Positions 52,291 to 55,854 of a stretch of 55,854 bases of DNA are shown here, piece by piece; positions within the stretch are counted from its first letter, which is position 1, and each line of letters opens with the position of its first letter. Source of the stretch: a virus (taxonomy: Duplodnaviria > Caudoviricetes); the IMG/VR virus record IMGVR_UViG_3300030370_000147, positions 1-55,854 of that record. One strand, 5' to 3'. The notes beneath the pieces were generated by a model that ran no database searches, was not told the origin of the DNA, and worked only from the letters and a program-made list of their open reading frames with translations. The translations under genes were made by a program, and so were the position numbers.

Positions 52291-52739
52291 GTTAATGCTG
52301 CAAAAACCTCCAACTGGCAAGACGCACTGTCTGCCTGAGCGAGGATGTTATCGATGTCTGTTAAGTTCCCTGCCGCAGCGCTAGAATTACCAGCTGCATT
52401 GGCATCAAGCTTACTATTAAAGAGAAGGTAGCTTTCGCCAGCATCCAATTTAATCATATACTCCTCTGTACCATCGTTCTGAATGGTGATGGCAACAAAG
52501 TTTGTCGCGTCTAGATTCGTAATGCGGAAGTAAGAAACGTTAGTCGTAAGCAGAGTACCCCCTGCTGCGTTGGCTGCCGTAGCATCCATCTGAACTACCG
52601 TCTGCGCCGAAGCCGTACCAACGTCTAAGATCCGATGGAATGTCTCAGTGATGCTAGTGACATCAATAGAAACTTCACTGCCGCGCTCCCTTCCATTAAG
52701 CTCTAGCTCTTCAGTAACTTTTACTGTTAGTGTTGCCAT
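52287..52739 (-). CDS. beta-rich virion protein (paralog family)
   Basis: YFRITNLD..NFV...IKLDAGESYLL. Confidence 0.75.
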   Translation of the reverse strand: MATLTVKVTEELELNGRERGSEVSIDVTSITETFHRILDVGTASAQTVVQMDATAANAAGGTLLTTNVSYFRITNLDATNFVAITIQNDGTEEYMIKLDAGESYLLFNSKLDANAAGNSSAAAGNLTDIDNILAQADSASCQLEVFAALT

Positions 52740-52743
52740 ACTA

Positions 52744-52751
52744 CAAATATA
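52744..52751 (-). promoter_or_regulatory. -7 promoter box TATATTTG (leaderless geometry)
   Basis: 4 nt upstream of ATG 52739. Confidence 0.65.
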
Positions 52752-52773
52752 CTCAATGTTCAGTGGTCTAAAA

Positions 52774-54087
52774 CTACTTGTACTTGGTCTCGTCTAGATA
52801 CGGGTTAGTACGACCCCCTTCAGGTGGATATCCTGCCCTTCTGGCTTTTTGCCGATCGTTGACGTACCTCTTTTCACCAGTCCCAACGAAGTTGCGACCA
52901 TAACGAACGCTTGGCCTCACGTATCCTTCTTGATTAAGATAGTTCATGAGATTTCTCATTTCCTCTCTCTCCATTGGATCATTACCACTAACGTCTTTAT
53001 TTATAATTGAAACCAGGTTTCTTACGTGGTCAGGATTGGTTTGAAAGTACTCCTCGGAAACGTAATCTTCCAGCCCCATGTCTTTACGAAGGTGATAGGG
53101 CCTGTCTTCGTAGTACTTGTTTCCCTTTTTAGTCAGAGAAGGATTTCCAGAGTCGTCATACTTCCAGAATTTTTCCCTATCCTTAGGTAGATTCCTTGTC
53201 ATTACAGCAGAGTTCTCTATAGCTGCATTTCGAGCGTCTGCATTACCCCTAGTCGCTACCCCCTGATTGTATCTATCGACAATTCCAGGAAGATCGCCTT
53301 GTGTAATCTTACCTTCTGGAATTACACCAGTCTTAATCCCCTGCAGAAGTCCTGTATTCATCATGGCCTCTAACTCATGTTCTGCATTGCCGTGGCTATA
53401 AGGGTTCTCCTCGTTGCCTCCGTAATAAATAGACCTTGCTAAGTCGTCACTCTCAGAGTCGTTTAAGCCCAAGTCTTGTGACATGACTCCAGTCGGCGGT
53501 AGTACTTTAAATACTTTTCCTGAACCGCTATATTCTTGCTCTCTCGATGCATCAAGAAGACCCTGTATCGATCCGTCAAACGGCCTATTAGTCCCGTACT
53601 TCCCTCTTCCCTCTCTGAATGGGTCCTGTATAGAATGAGTAAACTCCTCTCCAGACGCAGTGCCTCTGTCTATGCCTCTCGAAGCTTCGGGACCAAAGTA
53701 AACCTCATCTGTCCGCGTATTAAAATAAGCCCCCTCTCCATCTCTAATCGGGTCTTTTTTTATCACCCTGACCTTGTCCATCTGCTCTATTAGCTCCTCT
53801 CGTCCTCCCCTTCTAGGGTTTCTGTCTGGATCGTAAAAGGCACTGTTTGGGTTTTGAGGCCTTCTCAATTTTGAAGTGAGGTTAGGGCCATACCGAGCCA
53901 TGAAGTTATTGAACACCTCATCCTTAGTCAAGTCCAGACGGTCGTCATAGTACGGGTCTTTCTCAGCCTCTTCTCTCGTCTTTCCATACGAACCAAGAAC
54001 CTGAAGCAGGTTGTCTGCTACACCAAAATTTTCTGGAGGATCTTCATCATGCCTTCCTCCGTGTAGATACTTACTTCTGACTCTCAT
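52774..54087 (-). CDS. virion-associated protein with degenerate zincin-like (MPTase) motif
   Basis: Start ATG 54087 (MRVRSKYLHGG); GAYF...EEFTHSIQ...EHELEA. Confidence 0.6.
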   Translation of the reverse strand: MRVRSKYLHGGRHDEDPPENFGVADNLLQVLGSYGKTREEAEKDPYYDDRLDLTKDEVFNNFMARYGPNLTSKLRRPQNPNSAFYDPDRNPRRGGREELIEQMDKVRVIKKDPIRDGEGAYFNTRTDEVYFGPEASRGIDRGTASGEEFTHSIQDPFREGRGKYGTNRPFDGSIQGLLDASREQEYSGSGKVFKVLPPTGVMSQDLGLNDSESDDLARSIYYGGNEENPYSHGNAEHELEAMMNTGLLQGIKTGVIPEGKITQGDLPGIVDRYNQGVATRGNADARNAAIENSAVMTRNLPKDREKFWKYDDSGNPSLTKKGNKYYEDRPYHLRKDMGLEDYVSEEYFQTNPDHVRNLVSIINKDVSGNDPMEREEMRNLMNYLNQEGYVRPSVRYGRNFVGTGEKRYVNDRQKARRAGYPPEGGRTNPYLDETKYK

Positions 54088-54221
54088 CCTGAGCAGCTTT
54101 CGCAATCTTCTGGGGAGTCCAGGTTGCACGTGATCTCTCCACTCTTCAGCTTCTCCGCTGTCTCCTGGAGTTTCTTCTTATCAAGGAATGTCGGAGCATC
54201 CCATTCTTCTTCCTGCTTCAT
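54084..54221 (-). CDS. 45-aa protein with RNR-tail-like C-terminal Cys motif (absent from ORF track)
   Basis: MKQEEEWDAPTFLDKKKLQETAEKLKSGEITCNLDSPEDCESCSG*; ATGA-coupled at both ends. Confidence 0.75.
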   Translation of the reverse strand: MKQEEEWDAPTFLDKKKLQETAEKLKSGEITCNLDSPEDCESCSG

Positions 54222-55854
54222 TTCTTTATCACTTTAAACGGTGATCTCTTCTTGACCTTAATGCGACCGCCTTGCCTGTACCCTCGGACTTCGCCCTTGC
54301 TTTGCTGGAGAGACTTCGGTATCTTCAGCTCAAACCAAGTGTTGCCATGCTCATCCGTTACAGGTTTTAACTCATATCCCAGCTTCTTGGCAATCTTGGG
54401 TAGGCGGTCATAACTCTTCATTACTGTTTTATGACTATCGCTAACGCCGTCACCACGCCTTATTGCGTCGAGTTGCCCTTGAAGGCTGGCGATGTGAGTT
54501 AGAACAGACGCTTCTCGTCTCTTTGCCTCTGCACCGCGCCGCAGATTCTTACTCAAAGTCTCAACTTCTTCACTGAAGTTACTATAGGTGACCATTGCAC
54601 GCAGGTCTGTAACCCCGTGAAGGCTATAGATTTTATTGACCTCGTCCAACAAGTGCTTAAAGACCATGTCCTTCTCCATCATGAGACCAGGCTGCTGCAT
54701 ATACTGCTCAAGACTCACATTAGAGTTCACGTAATCGTTCGCTGCAATAGGCATATGCACAGGAACTTTATCATGCATTGAGCTTTTCCGAGCACTTCCA
54801 TAAAGCTCAGCAATGTTCATGTCTGTGGGCGTCGATCCCGCATCTTGGCCATACGTTTTCTGAGCGAAATTATCTATGTACAAATTCACGACGTCTTCGG
54901 TGGTCATCCGCATCCTGTCCAGGATACTATGGGGTGTGAAGAACCTTTGGTTAAACAGATAATTTTCAAAGCCCGTGGAGAGGCTCTCCATTGCCCCTAT
55001 ACCCTGATCAGCCCCCCTGTACTTCTGGTATGCTTGATAATCCGGATGCTCTAAGAAGGCTCCCGACAAATAATCTTCAGCTGGTAATTTTGTTACTACA
55101 AGTCTATCTTGATCGGCAGGGAGCTGATCGACTGCCCACTGAGCGTCATCTACTATACTATTGATACGGGTCTCAAGCTCCCCTGAGCCCATCTTGAACT
55201 GCTCATACATTCCCGCTAGTTCCTCACCTCGTTCAGGACTTAATCCAGAGGCATTTACAGCCATGACTTTATCCAAACTGGAGTATAACTTCCCATCGAC
55301 ACGAGGGGCAGCCTGTACATACATCTCTAGCCGAGTCCTGAATAAATTTAAATTCGCATTCGCCATGGCACGCGTTACCGAACCATTGCGCCATTGACGA
55401 GCGAACTTCATGAAGTTGTAACTATGTGCAGCTTTTTGCTGCGTCATTGATAATTCACCTCTGTATATTTTGTCATATACTCCGTCAGGATCAATAATAA
55501 AATCCGTAATCCAATCAGGCTGAATGGATTGCTTGTCCATGTAATCCTGCATTAAATCATCGCCTGTCAAGCTGGATTTGCCCTGACTTACAAGAGGTGT
55601 ATCAAACAAGAGTTGCTGAACATCTGATCCCAGAGATTCTATCTGCTGACCAAAAAGAGTAGCGTCACCATTGTCTAATGGGGTGGGGGTGTTTTCATAC
55701 TGACCAAGAGGACTGTCCAGCTGGTTCTGAGCGCGTTGATAATCCCGTTGATGTACCTGCAATCCTTGTTGTTGAGATTCAATTTGCTCTTGTACGCGTC
55801 GAGGACTGCTAGTGTAGCCCTGAATAATACCAGTAGTAACGCCAGTAGGAAAGC
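54218..55854 (-). CDS. large virion/polyvalent-type protein, 5'-truncated by window edge
   Basis: Frame stays open to the window end; C-terminal KKLGYELKPVTDEHGNTWFEL and YRQGG tail. Confidence 0.7.
   Translation of the reverse strand, partial: FPTGVTTGIIQGYTSSPRRVQEQIESQQQGLQVHQRDYQRAQNQLDSPLGQYENTPTPLDNGDATLFGQQIESLGSDVQQLLFDTPLVSQGKSSLTGDDLMQDYMDKQSIQPDWITDFIIDPDGVYDKIYRGELSMTQQKAAHSYNFMKFARQWRNGSVTRAMANANLNLFRTRLEMYVQAAPRVDGKLYSSLDKVMAVNASGLSPERGEELAGMYEQFKMGSGELETRINSIVDDAQWAVDQLPADQDRLVVTKLPAEDYLSGAFLEHPDYQAYQKYRGADQGIGAMESLSTGFENYLFNQRFFTPHSILDRMRMTTEDVVNLYIDNFAQKTYGQDAGSTPTDMNIAELYGSARKSSMHDKVPVHMPIAANDYVNSNVSLEQYMQQPGLMMEKDMVFKHLLDEVNKIYSLHGVTDLRAMVTYSNFSEEVETLSKNLRRGAEAKRREASVLTHIASLQGQLDAIRRGDGVSDSHKTVMKSYDRLPKIAKKLGYELKPVTDEHGNTWFELKIPKSLQQSKGEVRGYRQGGRIKVKKRSPFKVIKK

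Noticed and set aside
1-55854. Stop-codon reassignment as in some crAss-like phages
   Set aside because: Long genes are intact under code 11, and TAA, TGA and TAG all end genes at tightly packed junctions

Overview
The window holds most of a lytic-looking dsDNA tailed phage genome (podovirus-like) that uses the standard genetic code. Its host is very likely a Bacteroidota/Flavobacteriia bacterium, because TAnnTTTG promoter boxes recur directly before genes. It has two convergent arms. The + arm (1-11.5 kb) carries early hypotheticals, a Cys-rich Fe-S-like protein, a DnaA C-terminal HTH protein, a Sak/RecE-like/SSB recombination module, a Nmad1-like protein, a primase-helicase and two nucleases. 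The - arm (11.7-55.8 kb) carries a holin, ejection proteins (one with an LPD38-like domain), a split tail stabilisation protein, ring proteins, major capsid and scaffold, small basic proteins, RCC1-like and collagen fibres, portal, terminase, a glycosyltransferase, a double GroES, a DUF5675 lysin candidate and a truncated large virion protein. I recognised no DNA or RNA polymerase, integrase, tRNA or CRISPR array. The best novelty candidates are: (1) a ~125-nt pseudoknotted ncRNA with its own promoter and terminator at the arm junction; (2) an unannotated 45-aa gene resembling a free-standing ribonucleotide-reductase C-terminal redox tail; (3) a shared KYxxGG / (F/M)KV(I/L)KK tag on unrelated late proteins; (4) an in-frame excisable fibre module flanked by exact 38-bp repeats; (5) apparently leaderless late transcripts and a micro-gene antisense to the holin. 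Family assignments come from motif recognition by eye; no database searches were run.
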